Positions 19,129 through 28,680 of a DNA stretch of 64,000 bases are shown one piece after another; position 1 is the first letter of the stretch; each line of letters begins with the position of its first letter. Source of the stretch: Candidatus Dojkabacteria bacterium (lineage in GTDB: Bacteria > Patescibacteriota > Dojkabacteria > JAHIVN01); the NCBI GenBank assembly GCA_016932045.1, contig JAFGDO010000003.1, positions 12,115-76,114 of the forward strand, given 5' to 3'. The notes under the pieces are model-generated. The model saw only the letters and a list, made by a program, of their open reading frames with translations. It made no database searches and was not told the origin of the DNA. A program made the position numbers and the translations under genes.

Positions 19129-21301
19129 CAACCTTTGTAAGTTCGACTCTAAATATCTTAGTTTCGTCAAGAATATACATAACTCTACCTTCGTTATCAA
19201 CTATTATGTCCTTTATGTTACTCAGATAGTTATTCTCTCCTCTATATATGATCTGTCCGACATATCTTCCCTGATCAGGAGTCAGACTGCCCCCCTTTGT
19301 CACAACAACAACACGCCTATTTGCACTATCTCCAACATAAACGAGAAAATCATCCAGCTCTAAACAGGAAGCATCATTAATAGACTTATCAAGTCCGACC
19401 AAAGCATATGGATCAAGTTTTTCGCCAAAATATCTTACAATACCATCTGCCTGAGTCAGTATATATATCTTGCCATCAATCTCCATGTCTTTCGCCCCTC
19501 CAAACTGTGTACTCGAAAGCCTGAGTTCCGGTAAAGAATAGCCCGAGGAATACTTCGTAATTTTCCTCACATCATTCTTACTAGGTCTAAGTAAGTACAA
19601 TATATTTGTTCCATCTGGAGTAACATAATTATCTATTTCTTTCACTTCGCCAACACTTGTTGAGGATAAACCCGCAAGTCTCTCAACTTTCTTCTCGTCT
19701 AGATGCAATTTTAAAATCCCCTCCCCTCCATCAAAAATTATCATGTCTCCCTCCCCATCGAAAACGATTGAAGACGGAGACCTTAAGTCTGTATCTTCAC
19801 CCACAACACTGTAAACCTCCCCCCCCTCTACACTTAACTCGTAAATAGTAGATAAATTAGGATCAGAAACATACAATCTCGAACCAAGCATAGTCATATC
19901 AGCTGCCTGCGCTCCTTCAATGTAGCCTGCAATATCTGTAATAATATTCCCATCATCAAGCAAAATTACTTTTCGAACGTCATCCATAATAGCATACCCC
20001 TCTTCTTCCTTTGCTCTGATCTCATCAGTCATGATGCCGTACTCTTTTATGCTACTCAGTGATCCTAGCGCCTCTTCCAAAACTGCAACTGCTTCGGCAA
20101 TATTTCCTGCAGCACCAAGATTTCTTCCATTATTAAATTTCTCATCAATATCCGAAAGTACTGCCATTATTTCAGTCTTTTTATCATTCGTATCACTATG
20201 CCTTTGTATACCTCTTATGCTGATGTAAAGCAAACAGACCACAACAATGATAAGAACTATAATCCCTCTAATTGAGGTTTTTGGACCAGCACCTTTAAGA
20301 TACATACCTCTCTTACTCATACCCAGAAGACCTTCCCAGATATGAGTCTTTCCGAATACGAGTAACTTCTGTCCAAATTCTTTAAGTTTTATAAGCACAA
20401 CCTTATATGTCTCTTTATCAGTAACTTTATCCTTTAGATTCTTAATTGAATTTCCTTTCCTTAGGTCATTGTGCCGTTTAGCCTTCTCTAGCTCTTCGTC
20501 CCTCCCGGTTTCTTGAGGGATTTTTAATTTAGACTCCTCATACTCTTTCACAGATACGTCATCTTCTTCCTCAACTTTTGTTTCCTTCTTGCCTATCTGA
20601 TTAATCTTCTCAGACTCAAATTTACTGTCTGTATGCAACAAGGCTTCTCCTGCTTTATTTGAGATTCGGAGTAGTAAGATTCCAAGTAGAGAATCCTGCT
20701 TTACCCCCTTAATACGATCAAAATTAAAATCCCGAACTACATTCTGCATATCCTTTTCCGAGATTGTAAGCCCGCCTTGTGGAGAAAGAAGGACAAAATT
20801 ATCGTTCTCCTTGAACTTCCCGCTTCCCGTTTTAATAAGTCCTCTACCAGAGAGATCCTTTAATCCATCTGATAAACTGATAAGTCTGTCATCCCGTTCT
20901 AGCAATATACTTCCCTCCCCCAAAATAGCCATGTATACATACTCCTTATAGGTCACTAAGGCTTCTATATTCAAGTCAATTCCCGACTCCGCTGCTACTT
21001 CTTCTCTATCAAGTAAATGCTCTAGCCTCTTTGCAGTAGACATAATTGCTTTTTCAAGTCTAGCTATAATGTTTCTCTCATTTCCCTCGTTGTAGTAAAC
21101 ATCTTGGAGATTTTCTGATAGCAGATCTCCTGCCATTCTGCTATCAAATTCCTCTGGAGCGCTCAAACTTATAACAACATAAAGCTTGCCAAATAAGGAA
21201 GCCCTTCCTCCCTCAGTAGGAGTTACAAAAATGCCTGACCATTTCCCTCCTTTTGGATCACCAGTGAAAAATGTTGTATCAAAAGAATATTTTTCTTCCA
21301 T
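19103..21301 (-). CDS. Membrane protein: degenerate PP2C-like N-terminal domain, TM helix, extracellular beta-propeller
   Basis: N-terminal alpha/beta segment with PP2C-like spacing, TM near aa 345-365, NHL-like repeats (LYVSDP, IYILT, VYVGDSANRRV). Confidence 0.6.
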   Translation of the reverse strand: MEEKYSFDTTFFTGDPKGGKWSGIFVTPTEGGRASLFGKLYVVISLSAPEEFDSRMAGDLLSENLQDVYYNEGNERNIIARLEKAIMSTAKRLEHLLDREEVAAESGIDLNIEALVTYKEYVYMAILGEGSILLERDDRLISLSDGLKDLSGRGLIKTGSGKFKENDNFVLLSPQGGLTISEKDMQNVVRDFNFDRIKGVKQDSLLGILLLRISNKAGEALLHTDSKFESEKINQIGKKETKVEEEDDVSVKEYEESKLKIPQETGRDEELEKAKRHNDLRKGNSIKNLKDKVTDKETYKVVLIKLKEFGQKLLVFGKTHIWEGLLGMSKRGMYLKGAGPKTSIRGIIVLIIVVVCLLYISIRGIQRHSDTNDKKTEIMAVLSDIDEKFNNGRNLGAAGNIAEAVAVLEEALGSLSSIKEYGIMTDEIRAKEEEGYAIMDDVRKVILLDDGNIITDIAGYIEGAQAADMTMLGSRLYVSDPNLSTIYELSVEGGEVYSVVGEDTDLRSPSSIVFDGEGDMIIFDGGEGILKLHLDEKKVERLAGLSSTSVGEVKEIDNYVTPDGTNILYLLRPSKNDVRKITKYSSGYSLPELRLSSTQFGGAKDMEIDGKIYILTQADGIVRYFGEKLDPYALVGLDKSINDASCLELDDFLVYVGDSANRRVVVVTKGGSLTPDQGRYVGQIIYRGENNYLSNIKDIIVDNEGRVMYILDETKIFRVELTKVDEYKESLE

Positions 21302-21366
21302 CTAGAAAAATTTATACTTAAAAATATCTCGCATAAGCTTATTCTCTAAACTAAGAAAAGTCAGAA

Positions 21367-21579
21367 TTAAACAAGAATTACTATCAAAACCATAACTGCA
21401 AGAACAAGAAAGATATGCAATATACTAAGCAGATTCAAGCATCCTGCAAGTTTTGTCCTTATAGCCCGATTCATCAAGAAAACTTGTCTTGCTATAAGAA
21501 CTGATACAAGAAAATATATAAACAGTAAAACAATTATAAATGTTTTTATAACTAGATGCAGTAAATTTCCTGTTTCCAT
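21367..21579 (-). CDS. Small two-TM protein (DUF5657-like)
   Basis: IYFLVSVLIARQVFLMNRAI pattern. Confidence 0.6.
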   Translation of the reverse strand: METGNLLHLVIKTFIIVLLFIYFLVSVLIARQVFLMNRAIRTKLAGCLNLLSILHIFLVLAVMVLIVILV

Positions 21580-21661
21580 AATAAAATTTTTACATAAATT
21601 TATTTTCTAACTCCTCCCATATTCAACTGTTGGCAGGTTGGCTTTAGACCAATCGTACTTA

Positions 21662-22282
21662 CTACTTAGGCTTCTTGACCATAAGATCCCTTAGATCCAT
21701 GATCTTGTCTCTTACCCAAGCGGGTTTAGATACCGAAAGAAAATCAAACTCTCTTCTTTCTCCCGCTGTCTGTACATAAACATCACCAAAATTAAAAAGC
21801 ATCGGGAAAAACCCTATATTCTCCTGCGTCGCATCAACTATACTTTCAAGTCCGGCCTCACTTATCTTATGATAAGCAAATGGACTAAAGTCAAAGTCAA
21901 TGACTCGTTCACTTGTAATTACATAAATATTAAAATACCAATCCAAAAACTTCATAAAGGCGTTTGTAATGATCAGTACATACCACATTACAATCGCCGA
22001 CAGAACTTGCCCTCGTGTAAGACTAAAACTCTCATAGATATCCGCATCTATGGCTTTCAAGAATATCAATACTCCTATAGGTATAAGTATAGAGATGGCT
22101 GTCATGACTACCCAACCAAAATTAGTAATAATATGTTTTCTAAGCATAATATAAACCCTTTCGTTTGGATTCTGAGTTTCAAATTCCAGCTTCTCAGGGA
22201 GAATTATAACAGAGCTTATAGCACCGTCCTTTTTCTCAGGTAAGATAGTATGAAGCGATTCTGCTTTGTGAGTCATTTTCAA
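21662..22282 (-). CDS. Membrane protein with bacterial PH (bPH_2) domain
   Basis: Two TMs then WYFNIYVITSERVID...FNFGDVYVQTAG. Confidence 0.8.
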   Translation of the reverse strand: MKMTHKAESLHTILPEKKDGAISSVIILPEKLEFETQNPNERVYIMLRKHIITNFGWVVMTAISILIPIGVLIFLKAIDADIYESFSLTRGQVLSAIVMWYVLIITNAFMKFLDWYFNIYVITSERVIDFDFSPFAYHKISEAGLESIVDATQENIGFFPMLFNFGDVYVQTAGERREFDFLSVSKPAWVRDKIMDLRDLMVKKPK

Positions 22283-22369
22283 GTTATAAGATATAAGCTA
22301 TGAGATATAAGTTAATATTTCTTAGTTGATTTATACCCTCTTCGAATATCTCACGTTGAACGCCTTCAT

Positions 22370-24169
22370 TTAAACCTTCCGGAAATAATAGGTAAGACTA
22401 AAAACCGGATCAACCTCACCAGAAGGTTGTACATTTCCGACCCATAAGTTCCAGATTTCCTTGAATATTTCACCATTTACATCAACCGAACCAGTACTAC
22501 CAATAACTTTTATACGTGCTGCTCTTCCAGAAGCATCACGACTAATTTGAAAATCTGCTAGTGTACCAACAGTATTCAAAAGCTGCCTAACATTTCCCGA
22601 ATTATAATAACCTTTATTTGCATACCACTCAAACATCGATTGGATCTCAGAAAGAGAATAACTATTTGTCCTCCACATCCAATCTGTATACGGCCCTTTT
22701 GCTGCAAAAGAAGAATCGTTAACAGACTGCAACCAAGAGAACCCACCACCGCAATTCCCATGGAAGTCCCAACACCAAGCCGGATTCCTATGAGTACCCG
22801 TACCCCAGCCATTATTATTATCAGATGAGTAATAAGCCTTTATAGTTGTTCCCCCTACTTGCAGGACCTTACCACTAGTCTCGTCAGCAGCCCATCTCTT
22901 GCCTTGCCCTCCTTTATAAACCTGGCATGCCGCACTAGTGCAAATAGGCCCACCATAAGCTACACCATACGAACGAGCCACTATCACCTGCGCCTTTACA
23001 GACTCCTCTGGCCAACAGTCCCATATAGAATTAGGATTGTCCAAGACATATTTATCTGGTCGTGAATTTACTTGAGCTTGCGAGCCGCACGCTTTATCAG
23101 GGATCTCCCCAAGTCCTGCAACATAATCCTCAATATTCATGGTACCATAGCCTATTACTTCAATTGTTCCTGAAACGTGACCAATGTATGAGCCTTGATA
23201 ATAAAAAGTCGCAATACTATCTGCCGGCATTCCGTGCTGCGCTCCTCCAAAAGCTCCATACTGAGAAAACCCCAGCCCGTGCCCTTGATATAAAGACCTG
23301 CCTCTCCCATAAAAGTAAAAGTCACCCGGTTCCAAAGGTTTTGTCCCACCATTCGCATCCCCAATAAGAGTATTCTCCTCTTCGATAATTCTTCGGTGCT
23401 CTTCTGTAAGTCCCTCAATCTGCTGTTCAACAGCTCCCATCTCCGCTCTTATACCTTCTTGTTTCCCGACACTGTAAGCAGCCATGGAAGCAAAATAAGA
23501 CTGCTGACTTTCAAGTTCAGCAATCCTTCCTGCTAACTTCTGATTCTCCTCATCTAAAAGTGCAATACTTCTCTCAATCTCTGCCCTCTCTTCTTTTAGA
23601 CTTTCTACTTCTAATGCTACCGATTCCACGCCAGCCAAATCATTATCAAGAATTGTTTCCCGATACTTATAATCTTTCCAGAATCCTTCCACCTCTCCAT
23701 TCTCTAACATTACATCTACAATACTCTGTCTGTTATAGATATAAAGATCCACCATTTTAACGTTCATTATTTTTTCGTTCTGTTCAAGTTCAAGTTCGCG
23801 AATCTTTAGTTCCTGATTATATTTTTCCAGTTCTGCTTGGTTTACATTCATTTCAGCCTCAAGCTGTTTCAGCTCAAATCCCACTCTCTCAATCTCTGAA
23901 CCAGCACTATTCTTCTGTGCTTCATAATAACTCGCCATCTCCTCAGCCTCCTGTAAACCTGCCTCAAGATTTTCTAGCTCACTTTGCTTGTCTTCTAGCT
24001 CTTTTTCAATTTCTTCAGCAGTTTTTCCATACACAGGGAAAATACTTACTAAACAAAAAGCCATAATGACCAATATAAATATTGGAAACTTAACACTTTT
24101 AAGGGTTTTGATAGACAGAATTTGGGTCATTTTAAATATAAACCAAATCTGCTTCACAATGGAAAGCAA
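22370..24169 (-). CDS. Secreted coiled-coil plus SpoIID/LytB-domain peptidoglycan hydrolase
   Basis: Signal peptide, long coiled coil, GHGLGFSQYGA, ESVKAQVIVARSY, CQVYKG. Confidence 0.82.
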   Translation of the reverse strand: MLSIVKQIWFIFKMTQILSIKTLKSVKFPIFILVIMAFCLVSIFPVYGKTAEEIEKELEDKQSELENLEAGLQEAEEMASYYEAQKNSAGSEIERVGFELKQLEAEMNVNQAELEKYNQELKIRELELEQNEKIMNVKMVDLYIYNRQSIVDVMLENGEVEGFWKDYKYRETILDNDLAGVESVALEVESLKEERAEIERSIALLDEENQKLAGRIAELESQQSYFASMAAYSVGKQEGIRAEMGAVEQQIEGLTEEHRRIIEEENTLIGDANGGTKPLEPGDFYFYGRGRSLYQGHGLGFSQYGAFGGAQHGMPADSIATFYYQGSYIGHVSGTIEVIGYGTMNIEDYVAGLGEIPDKACGSQAQVNSRPDKYVLDNPNSIWDCWPEESVKAQVIVARSYGVAYGGPICTSAACQVYKGGQGKRWAADETSGKVLQVGGTTIKAYYSSDNNNGWGTGTHRNPAWCWDFHGNCGGGFSWLQSVNDSSFAAKGPYTDWMWRTNSYSLSEIQSMFEWYANKGYYNSGNVRQLLNTVGTLADFQISRDASGRAARIKVIGSTGSVDVNGEIFKEIWNLWVGNVQPSGEVDPVFSLTYYFRKV

Positions 24170-24302
24170 GTTTGGAGCTTTTAGAATTTATAGCCTCTGC
24201 ATCTATTATCTTATATTTAGGAAAAAATCTCAACAAAATGATGGAAAAAATTGCATATTACGAGGATAGTATATTCAATCATTCATATTTGCAGCATGAA
24301 CG

Positions 24303-24803
24303 TTAAAAGTGACTAACCTCTGAAACATCACATGCTCCAGGAAAGAAAAACTGGAAAACCGGAGAATCTCCCATTCCAGCGGCCGCGTCAAAACATTTAT
24401 TTGGATCTCTCAAACCTAAAAGACTCATCACAAGCCTTACAGCAAGATAACCACCAAAAACAAGTGCAAAACTAAAAACAACATTCTTTCCTCTTGTTTT
24501 TAATTCAGTTAGTTTCTGCTCATCCCCTCCGCTTAACATCCACTGAACACCTATAGATCCAACAACAAACATAAAATAAGGAATCGATAGAACCCAAATA
24601 GCGATAATCACATTTACAAAGATAGACTCGGCTTCGCGCAACCTCATCGGTTCGGCATAAATATCAGCTGCAAAAACCTTTGTATTAATCTGAGTTAGAA
24701 AAACAGTAAACCCCGTTGCAAAAGTCATTATTATTTTTTTTGCCTTTTTCATCAATGGATTAAGCAATGAATTATAATAAACGAATTGAGTCGTCTTATT
24801 CAT
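24303..24803 (-). CDS. TrbC/VirB2-like pilin
   Basis: Signal peptide (VFA), two TMs linked by QWMLSGGDEQKLTELK. Confidence 0.75.
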   Translation of the reverse strand: MNKTTQFVYYNSLLNPLMKKAKKIIMTFATGFTVFLTQINTKVFAADIYAEPMRLREAESIFVNVIIAIWVLSIPYFMFVVGSIGVQWMLSGGDEQKLTELKTRGKNVVFSFALVFGGYLAVRLVMSLLGLRDPNKCFDAAAGMGDSPVFQFFFPGACDVSEVSHF

Positions 24804-24858
24804 AATTTAACTACAAATACGTATAAAATACAAGCTAGAAGCTCCTGCCAGGCTAAAG

Positions 24859-26433
24859 TTGAGCTTTCACACATACTTGTCTACTTTTTTAAAAATAGTA
24901 AAATTAGGAAGACACATAGATATGATAGAAAAAATACATAGCATAACTGAATATTTAAATAGACAACCTCTTTTATATGTTGGGCTAATACTTCTTGTTG
25001 CTTCTTTTTTGCTTTTTATCCCTAATGACCCTGATTTCCCCTGGCATCTTAAGTATGGAGAATTAACACTTGAACAAGGGCCAATATCACACGATCCATA
25101 TTCGCACACATTCGCAGACTATACTTTTTACGACTATCAATGGTTCACACATGTCCTCATGTACACCTTTTATAAACTAGGTGGTTTCACACTTGTTGCG
25201 ATATTGTATGGCGTAATTGTTCTTGCTGCCCTACTCTTTAGCGTGAATACTCCTATAAAGAAAGTTGTCACAAATAAAAGCAAGATAATACTACTGTTAG
25301 TGGGATTACTTGCTGTGAAACCGATTATCGGCATAAGACCTCAAATGGCATCCGTTCTCGGGATAGCTATCGTTTACTTCCTTACGATAAAATATCTTAG
25401 AACCAAAAGTAAGACAGTATTTCTCATACCTTTAGTAATACTCATCTGGGCAAATCTTCATCCCGGTTTTCTTTCAGGAATTATGGTTCTTCTTATTATT
25501 ATATTTTCTGAGATTTTAAAAGTAATACTAAGAAAGTTAGGAGTGTCACAAAAGCAAGACCCCTTTTATGAGAAAAAACCTCCAAGTTTTAAAATACTAA
25601 TCCTAGTACTTATTCTTTCATCTTGCGCTACCCTTTGCACTCCATTCTTCTATAATATAGTTAAACAGTCGGTACTTTTCTCACTAGACGCCTATGCCCA
25701 AGAGCACATAGTTGAATGGCTTGGCGTTAACTTTCAGGAATTGACTGGAAAATTTATTGTCATCTACATGCTGATCACAGTGGCATCAATATTTAGAAGG
25801 AAGTTTATGAACTTAACCGAGGTTCTGATTGTGGCAGTCTTCGGTTTCATGGCGCTACAAAGTGTACGCCATATACCGCTTTTTGTCATCGTTTCGATTC
25901 CAAGTATACTCGCAAGCCCTGATTGGAAGTTTTTAAACCGACTTGATAAGTTCAAGTCAACGTTCTGGCTATTTACAAAAAGTTCCTTTTTGACCGCAGG
26001 ACTTTTAGTTTTCCTATTTACTACTTTTCAATTTTTTATAATCAACTCGGACAGGAAGGCAATATACGGAGAAGTAAAATACCCTTATGAGGCTGTGCAA
26101 TTCCTAAAGGAAAAAAATTATGAGGGGAATATCTTTAATAATTACGGCTGGGGTGGTTTTTTAATATGGGAGTATCCTGAAAAAAAGACATTTGTCGATG
26201 GACGTATGACAAGTTGGCGAATAGATCATGTTTCTATCCTTGAGGAATATGTAGATCTTTCCGATCTTCTAACTCCAGACTGGCAGGAAAAGTTACAGCA
26301 ATATGAAGTAAGAATTATTCTTTCAGATACCTCTACTCCCTTATGCAACGTGCTTAGAAACTCTAGTGACTGGGAGCTTGTGTATGAAGACGACCTTTCA
26401 GTAGTACTCTATAAAAAAGAGCCTTACGAGTAA
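24859..26433 (+). CDS. Multi-pass membrane protein, GT-C glycosyltransferase-like
   Basis: DPDFPWHLKYG, RPQ, WANLHPGF, YPYEAV, NNYGWGGFLIW, FVDGR; true start probably ATG of MIEKIH. Confidence 0.65.
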   Translation: MSFHTYLSTFLKIVKLGRHIDMIEKIHSITEYLNRQPLLYVGLILLVASFLLFIPNDPDFPWHLKYGELTLEQGPISHDPYSHTFADYTFYDYQWFTHVLMYTFYKLGGFTLVAILYGVIVLAALLFSVNTPIKKVVTNKSKIILLLVGLLAVKPIIGIRPQMASVLGIAIVYFLTIKYLRTKSKTVFLIPLVILIWANLHPGFLSGIMVLLIIIFSEILKVILRKLGVSQKQDPFYEKKPPSFKILILVLILSSCATLCTPFFYNIVKQSVLFSLDAYAQEHIVEWLGVNFQELTGKFIVIYMLITVASIFRRKFMNLTEVLIVAVFGFMALQSVRHIPLFVIVSIPSILASPDWKFLNRLDKFKSTFWLFTKSSFLTAGLLVFLFTTFQFFIINSDRKAIYGEVKYPYEAVQFLKEKNYEGNIFNNYGWGGFLIWEYPEKKTFVDGRMTSWRIDHVSILEEYVDLSDLLTPDWQEKLQQYEVRIILSDTSTPLCNVLRNSSDWELVYEDDLSVVLYKKEPYE

Positions 26434-26440
26434 GGCTCTT
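26413..26440 (-). terminator. Intrinsic terminator between convergent genes
   Basis: AAGAGCCTTAC/GTAAGGCTCTT hairpin with T run on minus strand. Confidence 0.7.
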
Positions 26441-26465
26441 CCAAATGACTTATTTAATAAAGAAT

Positions 26466-26927
26466 TTATGTTCCACTAGGCTTATTATTTACGTTTAGAG
26501 CATTATTAAATTCACCTCCGGCTCCGAATAGCCACAATACAACAAAAATTCCAACAATAGCTATAATCATTGCTGCAAACCCCATAAGTATTGCTTTCAC
26601 GGCGGCCTTTGATTCTTCTAGTTTAGATGCATCACCCTGGCTCGACATGAATTTAATTCCGGCCATAGCCGAATATATGATTGCAACGATAAAAACAACA
26701 ACAAAAAGGATCGTTAGTCCCCATTGAACTCTAACCTTTGCCCATGCAACAGGTCCTTCTTGTCCAGTTCCAAGTCCAAGGCCTGAAATAATTTTTTCTA
26801 TCCAATCAGGAACATAGTCTTGTGCATATACCGGATTTGCTGCATTAAAAAGTACAGCTCCAGCCACACCTGCAAAAATTGAAGCTTTCGAGAGTGTTTT
26901 AACTACTACATCTTTTACTCTTTCCAT
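26466..26927 (-). CDS. TrbC/VirB2-like pilin
   Basis: PVYA signal cleavage, GIKFMSSQGDASKLEESKAAV between two TMs. Confidence 0.8.
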   Translation of the reverse strand: MERVKDVVVKTLSKASIFAGVAGAVLFNAANPVYAQDYVPDWIEKIISGLGLGTGQEGPVAWAKVRVQWGLTILFVVVFIVAIIYSAMAGIKFMSSQGDASKLEESKAAVKAILMGFAAMIIAIVGIFVVLWLFGAGGEFNNALNVNNKPSGT

Positions 26928-26999
26928 TATGTGTATATAACTAAAATAAACATTTAGATTTTATCAAATCTAACACAGATAAGTAAAGTTTGCAACATA

Positions 27000-27677
27000 T
27001 TAGTTACAAGACCAGTCAGAAGCTCCTTCAGAACACTCGCACTCACAGTCAGAATAAACATCTCCGCACTGGTCAGTTTTAGATTCATATTGCACATGAT
27101 CACCACAGACTGCAAGATTTTGGGCAAGATCAAACACACTCCCAACTCCAATTAGCCACGTTACAACACTTACGCCTATAAAGACAACTACAACAACCAT
27201 AAGACCCTTAAAGGCATTTGAAACCCATTTTCTTGCACTTTGAACCTTAGTTTCTTCTCCCATACTACTCATCCATCTAATTGCCCCTATCCCAATTGCA
27301 ACTATAAACGCAACAAAAAGAATAGCTGTGAAAAAAGTATATAAAAAAGCAATGATGGACCAAATACTAGCTGTGCCCTCCATACTCCAAAAGTTGACCG
27401 GCTTCAAAATATTTAAAACCAAACCTCCAGAACCAAATACTTTCTCTAGCCAATCATCACCATCAACTGGAATTATAACTTCGCCTTCAGATTTCTGCGT
27501 TGAGATTTCGCAACATACTTGCCCACTTGCACAAGGCTCGCATAAACTAGAATCTGCAGGCACATCGCATTGGCTCTCGTACCGACACCCATAGTAGCCT
27601 GCTTCAGCAACCCGTGGCTGAAAAGCCCCAACGACCAAAAATAAAGTAATGATTATGATAAATGTTATTCTCTTCAT
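27000..27677 (-). CDS. TrbC/VirB2-like pilin with Cys-rich N- and C-terminal extensions
   Basis: AIRWMSSMGEETKVQSARKWV; CRYESQC...CASGQVCC; CECECS. Confidence 0.78.
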   Translation of the reverse strand: MKRITFIIIITLFLVVGAFQPRVAEAGYYGCRYESQCDVPADSSLCEPCASGQVCCEISTQKSEGEVIIPVDGDDWLEKVFGSGGLVLNILKPVNFWSMEGTASIWSIIAFLYTFFTAILFVAFIVAIGIGAIRWMSSMGEETKVQSARKWVSNAFKGLMVVVVVFIGVSVVTWLIGVGSVFDLAQNLAVCGDHVQYESKTDQCGDVYSDCECECSEGASDWSCN

Positions 27678-27711
27678 ATTGTTTACTTAATTTATAATGG
27701 CAATGTGAATT

Positions 27712-28266
27712 CTAGCTCCCAAGGATTTCATCAAGAAAAGAAAAATCTGTGATGTTGACACCAAGGATTCCTGCCATAACACCTAGAATTACAAGAAAGC
27801 CAAATGTTATCACAATAGCCATTAGTCCATTCTTTATTACCTTTTTTGCCTTCTGAAGCTTTTCTTCGCTGTCTCCCGCTGTTATCCATAAAAAGCCGCC
27901 GTATCCAATAACTCCGACAAGACCTGCAACTAACGCTGATATAGCTACAATTATTAATGTTTTGATAAATGTTTTTATATACGAAACATCAACATCTATA
28001 CCTATGAGACGAAAACTTTCCGGAGGCCCATCGTCTCCCCAAATCTTCGTTCCCCAACCTTCAAATGCTTCACAACACACCATACCACTTGGGCAATCCC
28101 CTCCACAATTTGATACCGCCACTTGCTTATCGGCACTGCACTGGCTTTCCCACTGACAAGTATATCCCGCCGCATGTACAGGATTAAATCGGCCAAATGA
28201 AACAATACAGAAAACAGTCGTCAGTAAGACTAAAATAGCTTTTTTCTTCATTTTATTTTTTCTCAA
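27712..28266 (-). CDS. TrbC/VirB2-like pilin with Cys-rich N-terminal domain
   Basis: GGFLWITAGDSEEKLQKAKKVI; CQWESQC...CPSGMVCC. Confidence 0.8.
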   Translation of the reverse strand: MRKNKMKKKAILVLLTTVFCIVSFGRFNPVHAAGYTCQWESQCSADKQVAVSNCGGDCPSGMVCCEAFEGWGTKIWGDDGPPESFRLIGIDVDVSYIKTFIKTLIIVAISALVAGLVGVIGYGGFLWITAGDSEEKLQKAKKVIKNGLMAIVITFGFLVILGVMAGILGVNITDFSFLDEILGS

Positions 28267-28610
28267 CTTACAAGAGTTCCCTGAACTCCAAGTAAACTAG
28301 CAAGAACTTTTACTATTAATGGGGCCAATGCAATAATTGCAAATCCTACTGCTGCTGCAGTAGCAATTTTCATACTCTTTGCCTCTTTCTCAGGATTTCC
28401 ACCCGCTGTCATACGAACGAATCCAGCATAGATAACGCTAAAAATAAACCCAAGTACAGCAAGCGGCGTTACAACACCACTCACTTTAGTTATAAGTTCG
28501 CCTATACTTTCAAGTGTAATGGGACTAGGAATAGATATAGCAAAAACAGGAGTATAACCAAGGATAAAAAACAATATAGTGAGTATTAAAATTTTTACTG
28601 TTTTTCTCAT
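28263..28610 (-). CDS. TrbC/VirB2-like pilin (minimal)
   Basis: PVFA signal, YAGFVRMTAGGNPEKEAKS. Confidence 0.82.
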   Translation of the reverse strand: MRKTVKILILTILFFILGYTPVFAISIPSPITLESIGELITKVSGVVTPLAVLGFIFSVIYAGFVRMTAGGNPEKEAKSMKIATAAAVGFAIIALAPLIVKVLASLLGVQGTLVS

Positions 28611-28680
28611 TTTATGAAAAAGTTAATCTTAGATGAAGATAGTTATTTAAAACATAAATATCGATCTTCTTGTTCCCCGA

